DNA from: Azolla caroliniana
Taxonomy: Eukaryota > Plantae > Polypodiophyta
DNA: 64,000 nucleotides
Reading direction: 5' to 3'
Assembly (NCBI GenBank): GCA_043228905.1
Contig: JBHGNT010000011.1
Location: 15,872,001 to 15,936,000 of the forward strand
In this document: positions 50,132 to 63,689 of the stretch, one piece after another
How positions within the stretch are numbered: position 1 is the first letter of the stretch
Layout: the number at the start of each line of letters is the position of its first letter
The notes under the pieces: model-generated
What the model saw: the letters and a program-made list of their open reading frames with translations, nothing else
Databases searched by the model: none
Told to the model about the DNA's origin: nothing
Made by a program: the position numbers and the translations under genes

Positions 50132-53100
50132 ATGTGTATATTATAATAATGTATGTATGTATTGTGTGCTGCATAAATATGGAAACTGAATTGAGTAAAT
50201 AGGGGAATTAAATCGTAATGAATAATAATATTATATATATATATATATACCGCATAAATCCAAGATTTTGGCATGGCGTTTCCTCTTTCTTATTCTTCTT
50301 CTTCTTTCTAAAGTTGACTGTCAATCCCCCCCCCCAACCAATTCCCTTCCTCTTCTTTTCCTCTTTTTCTTCCTTTCTGTTTTGCACGTACATTCATTCA
50401 TTCTTTACCCCTCTCTGCATCCCCATCGCTATGCATGCATGCACATAACATACATACATACATACAGGCATATACATACATATACGTAGCCGTACGTACG
50501 ACTTTTCACACGCGCGCATATATATTATATATATATATCATATATGTATATATATGTTGTATATATAACGACCAGACCACAATGCCTTTCTACGACCGGC
50601 ACCACCAAACTCTACCTTCTACGCCTAGGCCCTACTACTACTACTCACCAGGGCTACCTACCTAGTACAATTGTTCATGAATCAATAATAATAATACATA
50701 CTAAAATAATTCAGCTAGCTAACATTAAATGACAGTGAAGCTAATCCATCCATACTTCAATTCCTTTTTAATCAGTGCAAATCAAATTACACATGGGTGT
50801 ACCTAATATGTAATGTTACTCTGGCTTTATATAGGTATGAATGAATATCTATGAGTCACAACAATCAGCAGCATGTACATATATCAAGCATTAAGACTAA
50901 ACATTAATTACTACCATTAGACGGGCACATTTCTACGGGCTTTATTAAATTTTAAGTGACTATTAACATTAATCCCAGATGATCACTACAACAAAATGGG
51001 CATGGTTCAACGAGTACCCTCGAGAGACATATATATCTGGAGGATATGAAAATTGTGGGATCACTATAATGACAAAATGTAGATCGAACAGTCACGGCGA
51101 GGATTGCCGGAAATGCAAACAATCGTCATTTTGGCAATAATTGTACACAAGTTTTCATTCCCGGCAATCCTGTTGAAAGAAATCTGTCATTATTGGCATC
51201 TATCTCGAAATTATCATTTCCACAGATCTATCTAATGCCGCAGATTTCCGGACGGAACTTCCATTTGCGTAGAATTAAAAAGGAAAATTAATGGAAGATG
51301 ATGATCTTTATTGTAGAATCAATTTAAGGCATATAATCTTATTTTGAAAGTAAGTTCAAATTTGGTTTAGACACTGACAATATATATTATATTATGGCTA
51401 ATTTTCAAGAGAAAACTAGATGGGCAAAGGAATACCTGCAACCACGGCGTATAATTTGGCTGGTTTGATTACAGAAAGTTTCGCCCCTGGTGCACTTGTT
51501 ACATTAAAACAAGTTCGAGGTATTAAACGAATTTCAATGTACCTAATTTTCTTTTTTAAGGGGGTCTCAATTATGTACCTAATTTTTAGTGTAAGTTTAT
51601 GGCATAAACTACCTTTAGCTGAAGCAGCAGCATCTTAGAACTGTCACCTTGTTTTGGTCTTACTGGGATGCCGCCCCATGTTCATGGTTTTTGCCATTAG
51701 TACTCTCTCTGATCGAACTTCCACTCTTACGCAATTCAGCCCAACATGATAACCTACCTAAACTAGTAATTAATTCCTCCTCATTTGAGATTTTGCTACT
51801 TCGATCTAAATTGAAACGAATATCCAGATTTTGGTTTGAATTATAGTGATATAAATCTGATAGAAATTGCAAGCAGGTGATCATCACATTGAGATTTGAA
51901 GGTTCGATATTGTTATTAATGATCTATCCTAGAAACAGAAATGCAATTAACAATAAATATATGGGATGCTTTATCTCATATACTTCTGACATAAAATTGC
52001 AAAAAGAAAGATCCTAATGCAAAATATTGACTGTAAAAAGAAGAGGATTGGAATCCACAACGTTTTGAATGAGCCGATAGGCCATCATTGTTGGGATCCA
52101 CAGTCATTTGCAGTTCCCCAATTGCTTGCTTGCTCCTCAGGCACATTATTGACTGCAATGGGATTGAAAAATAGACCCCCATAGGAATTCTACCATTATT
52201 AGGCAAGAGGGGAGTAAGAGCTACAAGATTATAAAATAATAATACCAAAGATTGTTGTTGAGCCCAAATGGTTTGACAAATCTTATCCTTTATCTTTTTG
52301 GGGTATCCTAGAAACCTAGGCACATCAAACATAATGATATCCACGTAATGGCAGTCTTCCTATAATATATTAAATCATTGTGTACTCATGCAAGGGTAAG
52401 TATATATCAACACTGATCTCCAATCTTGGAAATTAATTAATATGTACCACTATACTGCTAATCATCTTTTATGTGTTTTAAGGTAATAATTTTGTATGTT
52501 TGAGGTATGTATGTAAGTTAGTACGTTAATTCTATGTCTATATGTTGAATCATGTATAAACTTGTGTGTCATATCTATATAAACTTGTATGTTATGTTAT
52601 GTATGCATGTACGTTTTTTGTATCTTTACATTTCTTTTTTGTTATAGTTTTTGGGTATATACTATATATTGGTCTTTTTGGTTATGTGTGTTTCATATAT
52701 ATGTTGGTCTTTTAATGTTAACTAATTTGTGTGTGTGTGTAACATGTTTCAAAACTGTGACCTATTTGTTAAAAAGAACAAGATATATATGCTGGTCTTC
52801 TTTTCGATGTGCGGTCGTGATAGGAGAATGGCATTCTAGCTTTGAATCATTGGGCACAATCCAATTACTTGGGCGTTGTTGTACCTTTGGAACTTGGCGT
52901 CACATGAAAGTTTCGTTCTATTTCCGCGCTCACATTAGCATTAGTTAACATGAAATTCAGGGAATTGGTGAGCATCTTTTGAGAAGATAGGATTGTTGTG
53001 GAGAACACTTTCATTTGGCACAAGTGTGCTGTTTATTAAATGCCAAGTAAAAGCAAATCACTTCCTTGATATTTTACACTGAATCTAGCTAGATAAATAT

Positions 53101-56100
53101 AGTAGAGGTTGGAACTTGGAATATCCACTTGGGGTATGAAGCAAAAGAAAGTACGGAGTACATTGAACATTGGAATTGGAAAGGCAGCCCACAAGAATTA
53201 TATTCTTGCCTTTAAGACAAATTAGGAAACAGAAGAATAAAGGAGACGAAAGAAATGTTAGAAGCAAATGTATATATCCCCCGCAAGAAAACAAAACAGA
53301 AAAGAAGAAAACACCATAGGGGCTCCTATTCCCTAGAAACTTGAGGGGGTGGGCCAGGCCCAGAATTCTCTTCCCTCTCTTTTTTTAACCCCTAGTAGTT
53401 TCAATATTCATGTGGCATTGTGTAATTGGGACAAAACCTCAAGTTTAATTTCTTGATCAATCATTTTTTAGTACATGTGATTGCTTTAAGTTGACAATGC
53501 CAAACCCAAACTTAACGAATCGTGTATCTAGCTTAACTAACTCCTTCAAATTCAGTAACATGTGAAAACGCTAAATAGTCAAATATTTATACCCAACCTC
53601 GTGTCATCTTCGACCACGTAATTTTACGACTAGCCCTTGCTTGTCTTCTATAGAAAATGCCACTACATTAACTACAATTGAGTTTGCTAGCTAACAACCC
53701 CCCCCCCAAGTGCCCACCTTGCAACAACTAAGCTCGCAAGTGTGGTGAACATAATGATGTAACTAGCTAGCTAGTAGCATTAGTAGTAAAAATTGATCCA
53801 CATTAACTAGCTTTGCTTTAATTGTACAGATTGCTTACAAATTATTGGCACGATAATCATTATTGCATTATTAGTTGAGCAACATTCAACGTTAATTGGT
53901 TGTCATATATTAATTATACTTTGATGTCATCATACTATCCACGATACCTAGTTATATATATACACTAGTCACATCAACTAGTCTACATTTACATTATCAT
54001 TTTCATCTATTTCTTATTATTGGACATGTTTACGATCAATTGTTAAGCACCGATAACAAACACTTTGTTGCTTTGGCATATTAAACGAAAAGTTGCTATC
54101 AGTGTATCACAACTTCTCGCTTCTAGTATTAGCTATTAACAATGATCATTCAAATGTCCTTGAAGTCGTCATCAATTGTTAGGATTTTTAGTGTGAGATC
54201 ATAGATGATGTGGATCTCCATCTACATGTGTACATGAACTATTTTACGTCAAGTAAATGCAACAATTTGCTTTATAATCTTTACGCTAAACATGGTCACC
54301 ATCATGGATGCCCCAATGGTGCTAGCATTTGCTTGTGTTTTCCATAAAAGTCGGCAAATTGACTGTTATCATTAGGTAGTATCTTGTTGAATTTTATTTT
54401 CAAAATTTTCACATTTATTACAATATTTCTAAATTTTAGGCCAGCATGATGAAATAGTCACTCTTTAATATTGCCAAAATTTGCATGCATTGCTAACACC
54501 TATACGAACAATTTTGCTCTAAACCAAAAAGCAGTCAAAACAATGAGCACCCCGAAAATGTCGAGCAAAAGTACCACCATTTCTAGTGCTTTTAATGCCA
54601 AATACTCAAAATAATTTAAGCTTAAGTGTTAACCTTTTATTGTACAAAACACACAAGTGAACAGAGATATAAAACGACAACGAAATTGATTTTCGCTATA
54701 AAGACATATTTGTATTACAAGAGTTACTCACCATTAACTAATGCCAATCCAAATTGTAAATAAAAAACCATCTTACAAATATTGGGGAAAACCTATACTG
54801 CATTACATTATTGATCCCTAACAGTATCTACCACAATCTCACGCATTGTATCAAAATTAGCATAGATGTTATCTTTGTCGTTATTTACAACAGCCATGTG
54901 GTCTTCGATACATGTTTCATCATGCATTTGGACCATCCAAAAAACATAACAAACAATCTCACGAGATAAATGGAGGCAAATAACCAAAACTTCTAACCAT
55001 CCAATATTTGTTGCAAATATTCATGAATGCATATGTTGATTGATTTGGTATCATCAATTAACAAAATTATTAAAAAAGGAGTGACTAACTCTCAAGTTGT
55101 GCAATTATCTTACTTATTGACAATTGGGTGAATGAAGAAGAGATAGTGTAAGTATGTATCAACAATTTGTCATAACTATCTAGCTCGCTAAGAATGGTCA
55201 TCATTATGAGACATGTGCTAGCCTTACCATCCAACATACATTCACGGTTTTGCTCGTTGAAGAGAAATACAATGGAAACAACAAGCACTAAGCTTAGAAA
55301 GCCAAATTGCTCCCACAACGATGGTCATGGAGGATGGAGAGGAAGACAATCAACTAACTCCACAATCAAAGAGTGGAATGATGGACGAGTTTGATATTTT
55401 AATTCATGAGATATATTGGACTTCCAATTCCGGGGAAAAACTAGAAACAAAAGAGGAAACTTTGCCAACATGGGGAGTTTTTATGGCAAAGTAACCCACC
55501 AAAGCAAACCAAAGTGTTGATATTGGGGTAAGCTCAATCCCTTATCAAGGTGGATTTTCGTAAAACAAATAGTGATGTCTCCAATAACTCGAAACTTAGT
55601 AACTACGTCGTCAAATTTTGATAATGCCACTTACGATAAAGTGTTCGTTGTTCAAAATGAGTCATAAAACCTATTCTATGATAGTGAATTGTTGTTGGTC
55701 CACTAACATCTGGTTGTCAATACTAGGTGTCCAACCATACATCAAATCATGGAGAATTGGTTTTGCAAATATTAGTGAATATTGAACTACCCAACTAGGT
55801 GGAGAGGAGTTATGATTTGACTCGTCCAAAGGCTACAACAATTGAATACTTTGCCAAAGTGGATATTTGACTAAATGAAACAACAATTGAAATACACATT
55901 ACCAACCCAACCATGAGTATGATGAGCGGGCGTGGAGAGTCATTAAAGTATTCGCTAGTTTAAACATGGCATGGCTCAATGCAACACGATATTCATGTGA
56001 CACAATGTGGTTTAGCTTAATACAACACTCAATGGACATGCTCAATGAGTCATCAAGCAAACGAGCTTCAGGAAAAAAACCCTAAGTGGGAGGTATGTTT

Positions 56101-57445
56101 GGCGACTTGCTTGATTGCTCACTTGACAACACATTCAATGACAGAATTGTGGGTTTCATTGATTAGTGTGACATATGCAAATTGGTGTGGGCACTCACTC
56201 TACATTGTATACTCGATCATGTTCCTTGAACAAAGGAAAGGCAAAGATGCTTGAACATTATGATGAAGACCGTCTCTGCTCCAACTAAGATATCTTGGAA
56301 TGCTAGCCCAATAACTCTACAGCTCATATCAATCCTTATATGGTGTGTTGATTATGCAAACACTCAAAAGTAAAGAGAGCCCAAAAAAAGGAAAGTGAAT
56401 ATTTTACCTTACTTAAGAAATGAATATGATCACCTAGGTCACGCATAATTATTCCATGGCATAACACTATTGTCTTTTTTTATGATGATAGTGGCCACCC
56501 TCAAGTTGGAAAGCTTTACAAAAGTGAGCTACAACCCCCCAATGGTAGAGGACATGCATGAGGAGATGTAGGCTCTCTACAACAATGGAATATAGAACCA
56601 TGTCTTGACCTTGTCATATTTGCACCAATCACTAGATGGTGGACATCTTCACAAAATAATGGCTCTCAACACAACAAAGATCATATAACTTTCAATATCA
56701 TATGACCTACATCTATCTCATTCACTAAACGTTGGTGCCAACTACCCACCTTGTGTATGAGCTTACACTCCTTGGGACACGTGTATAAAGTCCACTTTTG
56801 CACTAAATGTATAGGAGTTTCTCTTTGTATTGAATGATGTGGATATTGTATGATACTCCATGCGTTCTCATATAAGGATATATTGGTTTACACTTCTCTG
56901 TGAAGTACAATTTTCTTTACAAAAATTTTGAATTTGATATTCTTCCTCAATGAGAGGTTTGCCCTATCACTACAAGCAACTACCATGTAGAATTATAAAA
57001 CATAAACAATACTCTCCCGATTAATCAGTGAGCTCACATCAGTGAGCTCACAATCACACTAGTTGTCCGGCCTATGAAGACCCAATGCCAATCTACCAAT
57101 CATTAATGGTAGTGAGCTACTACTTGATGATGATAAACATTGAAACCTTAACATTCTAGATGACATCATTCATACAACAATTCGAGATTCCCTAAAACAA
57201 CAAACCTCTTCATTTGATCAACTATAAATCCAACTATGCAGTGTGACACTCATGCCTACCATCATTTCTCACCCCAATGGGTTGTTGACAAGACCTTGCT
57301 TCAACACCAATATTTAATCCAAACTCAATAATTTTTTGGAACATTTTCCAATCCATAACCTTCACTTCGCATCTCGAAAATATCTTTGCATAAGTTTCTT
57401 AAAGCTCACGAACGAGGATCTAGTTCAATATTTGTAGTTCACATC

Positions 57446-57614
57446 CAACCTTGACTCATAATGCATTTGCAAAATCTACTACCAAACTCCCTAAGGAGTA
57501 TCATGATTTCCAAGCTATCAAGCTTCACAATTCAACCTTGACTCATAATGCACTTGCAAAATCTACTACCAAACTCCCTAGGGAGTATCATGATTTCCAA
57601 GCTATCAAGCTTCA
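57446..57614. repeat. 87-bp tandem duplication within decayed retroelement-like DNA
   Basis: caaccttgactcataatgca.ttgcaaaatctactaccaaactcccta.ggagtatcatgatttccaagctatcaagcttca occurs twice. Confidence 0.9.
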
Positions 57615-59118
57615 AAAGAGCCATTTTTATGAAGAGTTATTGATGTCCAATCCAAGATGATATTTGTCCCATATATTGCTTCTCACTTGTAGAACTAGAA
57701 GTTGGAGGTTTTATGGGATTATGTTAAAGAGTGAATTTAATCATCGATTTCATCTAGGATTTCCAATCATATGCTAGAAAAATTATCTTCTTCAATAAGG
57801 ACATTTCTTTGCCATCTGGTTTTGATCATCTTGGCCTCAACAAAATTATTGAGTCCAAAATTCAAAATGGTATCCACTTCCTCTTATCGCATAATTGTTG
57901 GAAAACCTCTAAGGGGTGTGCTATTTCATGAATATTGATGTTCATGATGCCAACAACCTTAACTCTGATTTGTGAAGGTGATTAGAAGACAAAGTTTTTT
58001 ACTCATTATGGCCATTTTGGGTACACAAGTATCCCTTTTGTGTGTAGCGTGGTGAGTGGACTAAAGCATTTCACTAAATCTTTGTCTTAGTCATCCAAAC
58101 AAAAAACCTATCTTTAGTAGAGTTCTCAATTACTTAAGAAGAAAACATTATACACAATAAGCTTCTTATGGGAGCAATTACACCTCTTCAAACACTCCAG
58201 GCAAAAACTTGCACCACTGTAAAATCCAACCTTAAATATCAGTGGACCCATTAATGCGTTCATAAGATAACAGTTCATGCATTTCCCAATAGATGTGCTT
58301 ATAAAATTAACCATTCACATGCATCAAGAAAGAAGAGACGAGCATTTTAGTTCCAATCTATAGATATTGCATTAAAAAATCAGAAGTAAATCAAAGAAGT
58401 ACAGCCACACACCATGCGTATATGTAAAACTAGATAGAGGACATGGTGATCCTCTTGAACCCGAATGTCATCCAATACAATATGACCCAGATGTAATCAT
58501 TCTGTTGAAGTTTATCATCTAATAGTATATGATTCGATGGGTATACTCGAGGTGTATCCAACAAGAAAATATCATCTGATACCATATGCCTTGATACAAG
58601 TATGGATATATGAAATCTCTCCAGCTAAAATAAGCATATACTTCTTTCAACTATGATCATGATGATGATGCCAATGCATATGTCTTCAAATGATGATCTT
58701 ATTATGATTGATCCACAGAAGCATAGGCTACTATATAACTTGATGGGTATATATAAAAATATATGAAAGATTTCTGACAGCAATCTCGTGAAAATTCGTA
58801 CAATAAATTATTGAATGATGACAAATTTCTTCATATGATGATGATGATTGATCCCCAATACATCTGATAAACTATGACTCTACGAATAATAGAACCCATC
58901 CAACAAAAAAAACACAGCAATTTATTGGATGATCCAATGGGAGTATACGGAACAATTTTGACAAAAAATCATACACGGACTCTTGAATGATTTGTGGGTA
59001 TATATGTGTGTGTACATGAAATCTTTATAAACGAAAATTGTATAAGTTGAAGCCACCAAGCTTCACATGATGATGATTGATAGATTTGAAGTGATTCGAG
59101 ATCTTACCTTTCTCTCCA

Positions 59119-59844
59119 TCAAAGAGAGGGTTTGGGGTTTTCTTCTTCTTTTTCTGGGTCAGATTCCAGATCGAGGCGAGCGGCATCTTTAGCCCAATCG
59201 ACAATCAAGTTCACTTCAGACTCTGAGTTCGATTCATCGTCATCATCGTCATGGCGCATCTCCATAGTACGAAGGCTACTATGTTTGTAACCTGAAGAAA
59301 ATTTACTGCCACCCGATTTCTTCTTCTCGAGGCGAACCAAATCCGCGACGGATGCAAGGAGCTTTCCCACATCGTCTTCATCATTGCCCACAACAAGAGA
59401 TGGGGCATCAGGGTTCCCGGATCCAGGGCGATTTTGGGAGTGGAGACCTACAGTATTAGGATTAGGGACACCGGGGTGGTTTTTGGAGAAACCAGTGGTT
59501 TTCAAGGCAGCAAGGCGAGCCGCGAGGTCAGAGCCGAGGACTTCATCAGGATCATCTAAAATTGAAGAAGAATTTCTTGATGGAGCAGGGGGGGTCTTTA
59601 TGACATTAGGAATGGTGGAATTAGAGTTAGTATTACTACTGCGAGGTGTGGGAGGCGGAGCTTTCAAGCGTTGGAAACGAGCGAAAAGATCATCGCATCT
59701 GTTATCGTCCACTGCTACTTCAAAAGATGCAGACGAAGAAGAAGAAGAAGAAGAAGCCATGAAAGGAACCCTGAGCTTTAACAGAGCTTCATCTCCGTAT
59801 TGCTCTAACAATTCCCTCACTCTGTCATGGTCGTCATCGCCCAT
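59119..59844 (-). CDS. Single-exon uncharacterized plant protein with MIM1-like motifs
   Basis: MGDDDHDRVRELLEQYGDEALLKL...DDLFARFQRLK...DLAARLAALK...DVGKLLASVADLVRLE...EVNLIVDWAKDAARLD (241 aa). The ATG follows a (GAA/GTA)n 5' tract. A donor (AAAG|gtaag) lies 11 nt after the stop. Confidence 0.8.
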   Translation of the reverse strand: MGDDDHDRVRELLEQYGDEALLKLRVPFMASSSSSSSSASFEVAVDDNRCDDLFARFQRLKAPPPTPRSSNTNSNSTIPNVIKTPPAPSRNSSSILDDPDEVLGSDLAARLAALKTTGFSKNHPGVPNPNTVGLHSQNRPGSGNPDAPSLVVGNDEDDVGKLLASVADLVRLEKKKSGGSKFSSGYKHSSLRTMEMRHDDDDDESNSESEVNLIVDWAKDAARLDLESDPEKEEENPKPSL

Positions 59845-59952
59845 GTTCTTTCTCTTCTCCTTCTTCGTCTTGCTTCTTCTTCTTCTTCTTCTTCTTCTTC
59901 TACTACTACTACTACTACTTCCCCCTGTCTCTGTTCTGTTCTGTCTATCCTC

Positions 59953-60121
59953 AAGCCATACCCACACAAAAGACTCTTGACCACGTGGCACTTGTGAACA
60001 TTGACTATTGACAATTGACCCGAACTGTCCCCCCCCCCCCCCCCCTAAAGCCATACCGATACAAAAGATTCTTGACCACGCTGCACTTGTGGACATTGAC
60101 AATTGACAATTGACCGGAACG
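59953..60121. promoter_or_regulatory. Duplicated TTGAC/W-box-rich module upstream of the 59844 gene
   Basis: Two ~75-bp copies (95-bp period) separated by a poly-C run. Each has four TTGAC cores, and copy 1 has a CACGTG G-box. Confidence 0.65.
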
Positions 60122-61269
60122 TGGTCTATAGGATTGGCCTTCATTACGTCTTCATCCTTCGTTGTAGCCCATCCGGACGAGTTTGTACCATGGCAACATG
60201 GACACGTCTTTGCCTGACCATACCATTAACCATTTCAATCACACATATGTTTGTCAAAATGACCTCTTCGAGAAGAAAATGGCAACTCATCACGAGAGAG
60301 TCTAATGCTACTTCATGTGACTCAAGAGTGAATCATCAACATATATAGAACTTGTAATGGAGTATATTATCAACAAATATGAAGCAATATGAGTAGGTTT
60401 CAAGATCACTCTCTATGAAGCTTCAACAAGGAGACACTTGACATCATAGTATGTAATACACTCAAATGCATTGGCAAACATTCTTTTTCATACGAATGCG
60501 TATGTTATCAAAACATTCGTATGTTTTTTCTTTACACTTTTTACCTTATAACAAATAATGAATACAAAAGTATGGTATTAACCATACTTTGAGGGTGTTT
60601 ACCATACTCAAATGATTGAAAATCACAAATGTGAATGCACGTATGGTTCACGCTATGCTTGACATATTGCAATGGCTAGTTTTCCCACATATATACTCAA
60701 TGACTATTGCCTTCGTTTGTATTTCATACAATAACAAAATAGGGGAGAGGAGACAGGAACAAGCATTGCAGTTTGATAGAAGGAAGATTTATAAAGAAAT
60801 GTTCCCTTTACAAGGAGTCCAAACGACAAGACACCCTTGCACTTAAACGATGTATCTTGATCTCCTCAGTTTTGGCCCTCATAGAATACGTGGATCTCTC
60901 GATGTGTTGATTAATCTCTCGGTAATTCAAGCTTCATAAGAAGTCTTGCACAAATAGACTCCCCACCATTGGTATAATGATTCCCTAAAAACAACACCTC
61001 ATGCAACGCACCCATTCAAACTAGATTGTGACTTTTGATCTTCCCATGATTATATATGTAACCACCATCTATCCATTGACACGGTTCCAATACTTAATTT
61101 TGTTTGTCATCCAATGTTGTATAAAGTATCACATGGTTTATTAATTAGAAAAGGAAGAACATTGTATCATGGGTAAAGCACGCCACTCAACAAAATACTC
61201 ATTAGGCTTATAAACATTATAAGATGTGTGTTGTGTTGTTACTCTCGAAGACTGATATAAATTGTATGT

Positions 61270-61700
61270 TGTGACCTTGTGAAGTTAGGCACTTTGAGTG
61301 TTGGGAATGTTCCCAATTTGTTGTTTATTGGATATTTTGGATCATTTGTTATTCTTGGAAAGTTTGGAGATGTGGCATATCATTTGGATTATCCAGGTAT
61401 AGATTGGTTCATCCTACTTTTCATGCTAGTTGTCAAAAACAGAGCATTGATCATAATTCCTTTATTATTTCTCTGAATGTTGTGCAACCCAATTTCCAAT
61501 ATAAATATGTTTTATTATTGTGAATGTTGGCACGCATGTTACCATGTATACTACTAGATGAACCAAAATAAGTTATGGATTTGAATGAGAGGAAAACCAA
61601 ACAAGTTCTCCCAAAGGGAAAAGATTCAACATTATTCAACCATTATTTTTGCAAATTTGTTTTTTTGTGAATGAAAACCTTTCTCCGAGGTAGGAGCACA
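61270..61700 (+). mobile_element. Ty3/gypsy integrase C-terminal (GPY/F region) remnant
   Basis: With frameshifts it reads YFGSFVILGKFGDVAYHLDYP...VHPTFHASCQK, matching the gypsy motif YxGPFxI...VAYxLxLP...IHPVFHVSxLK. Confidence 0.6.
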
Positions 61701-62934
61701 TGAGGACTATGGTCCTCTTCAAATTATGCGACCGTGATATATGTACACTTATATGAAGATTTGGGGTTGATAATAGATACGTTAGATACGTAGCCTTAGG
61801 GGTTTTCATAGTTTTTTATCGAAATATCATCTTGATTTTTCATATAATTATATGCAAGTCTTTAATACAAAGGATCAATATATGTTGGATTTGTAGTGCC
61901 CTACTCCATTGAAACATTTATTGCAAACGACTCATATGAAAAGATGTCACATTTACCACATAACCTCAATGCAAATATTAGCAAGGAATAGCTCAAACAC
62001 AAGTCTTGATGTTCAAAAATCACATAAAGCCCTTTGAGTTGCGGCATTGATGGATGATTGGAGATAATGAACCAGAGCTCTGGATTCAAGATTGAATACC
62101 ACCAAGTAAGCTAAACAACAAATGAAACCCTCTCCTAAGTATAATTTTTACCTTGTAATTGACATAAGTATCGACAAATAAAAAACTAAAACGACATTTG
62201 TGCAAATGAAATGATATTGTGCATTTGTGTATATTTGATTCCAAGCTAGTAAGCATGATGTATATGGATGATTTCAAGGACATTACTTTACGCATCGTGT
62301 GAACTTTAGGGGTAGTAAAAAAAGAACACTCCTTGTAATATATGGGGTTCATTTAATGGACCTTAAATTTTGATTAGAGAATCATTGTGTTCTAGTCTTT
62401 AATCATTTCCTTCTCCCACAAGATATAACCAGGAAATGATCGAGCAAATTTGTTGCATTTTGCACACATCATGCTCAACTATTCAATCTTCCTCATCTCA
62501 TGACATCCTTCGTACAAAAGCATTCGGACATAATAGACACTCTATTGAAATCATTTGGCTATATATTTCATACCTTGTATTAATGTAGAAACATCAAAAA
62601 ATTGAAGCTTGGTTTGTTTACTTTATCGGCAAAGGGCGTTTCAGACAATATTCAGGGGCATAAAGGTTCCGAGTATTTTCAATACAGCTTCGCTAGAAAT
62701 CTAGATGTATGAGAACAATCGACTTCAAACACAAGATATGAGCCATTGTATCTAGGATGTTTGAACATTGAGTAGTGTTTGTGTGCTTGTGGAATACTGT
62801 CTAGATAGATGTCCGAGCCCAAAACTTGAGAGATCATAGTTTGTGCTTTGAGCTGCACGAGGTGGTTCTGTAAAGCCTCGCAAAGTGTAATTAGGGTGTG
62901 CTTAGAGTCGAGTATTACTTAAACTTACTTAATT

Positions 62935-63689
62935 GTTATGATGTTTGGAAGAGGAGCTTAAGAATTCTGGCTCGATGCGGGGTTGAAGTTCAGGTAACAA
63001 GTGCAACCGTTGTTTGGTTAGCTACTGACTTGGCTGCATGGTTTCATGGGTGGAATGGAAATAGCCCTTCTTTAAAGGTGGTGAATGGTACAGTTTAGCC
63101 TCCAGCTCAAGGAGATTCATACTTCATACAGGACCAATATGTAGATGTTTGGATTTTAGTGGTTGGCCTTACTGTTTGGCAAGTATGGGTATCAATGTGT
63201 AAGGAGTCTTTTACCAGGAAGCGAACCCCATCGGCTGAGAGTTTAATGATGATTTGGTTTAATTTGATTTCTACACTACGAGGTAAGTTTGATAGCCTTC
63301 AAGGGCCCTCTGATGCGAGTGAAGCTAGGTACCGCTTCCTTTTAAAATGGAGAGGTTCCTCAATGTTACAGATGGTGGATGGCAATGCAAAGTGGATATA
63401 TCAGCCTCCCAGATGGTTGTTCCCTCCTAGGGTACCAAACATAAAGGTAGGTGCTGAATTGTGAAGTGATTGGCGGGTGTCTTTGCTGAATGTGGGTGTG
63501 TGAGGCTCATGTTGATGGGCGTCTGTCGAGTAATTATGTGATGAGGCTTAGTTCCTTCATTTATACATGATGTTTTGTTGTAGCCATTGCAAAGTGGCTT
63601 GTAACATATGAGTTGTATATTATTCCACGTACTTTTTCTTAACTAATGGAAGTAGAATTTTTTTGGAAAAAAAAAAGAAAAAAAAGAAA
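62935..63689 (+). mobile_element. 5'-truncated LINE (ORF2 C-terminus, 3' UTR, A-rich tail)
   Basis: ORF fragments VWKRSLRIL... and VWILVVGLTVWQVWVSMCKE...MIWFNL...PPRWLFP, then a tail ggaaaaaaaaaagaaaaaaaag. The same ~80-nt tail recurs at 63899-63977. Confidence 0.65.

Noticed and set aside
49647-50732. Multiple short ORFs (HTHT, RERE, YIYI repeats)
   Set aside because: These are translations of microsatellites in the MADS 5' region.
58680-58870. Possible C/D-box snoRNAs (ATGATGA...CTGA)
   Set aside because: The boxes arise from (ATG)n repeats, are antisense to the host gene, and show no recognisable rRNA guide or terminal stem.
59845-60144. N-terminal 100 aa of the 341-aa ORF
   Set aside because: It runs through the poly-C and (CTT/CTA)n tracts and the duplicated promoter module. 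Conserved-looking sequence starts at MGDDD.
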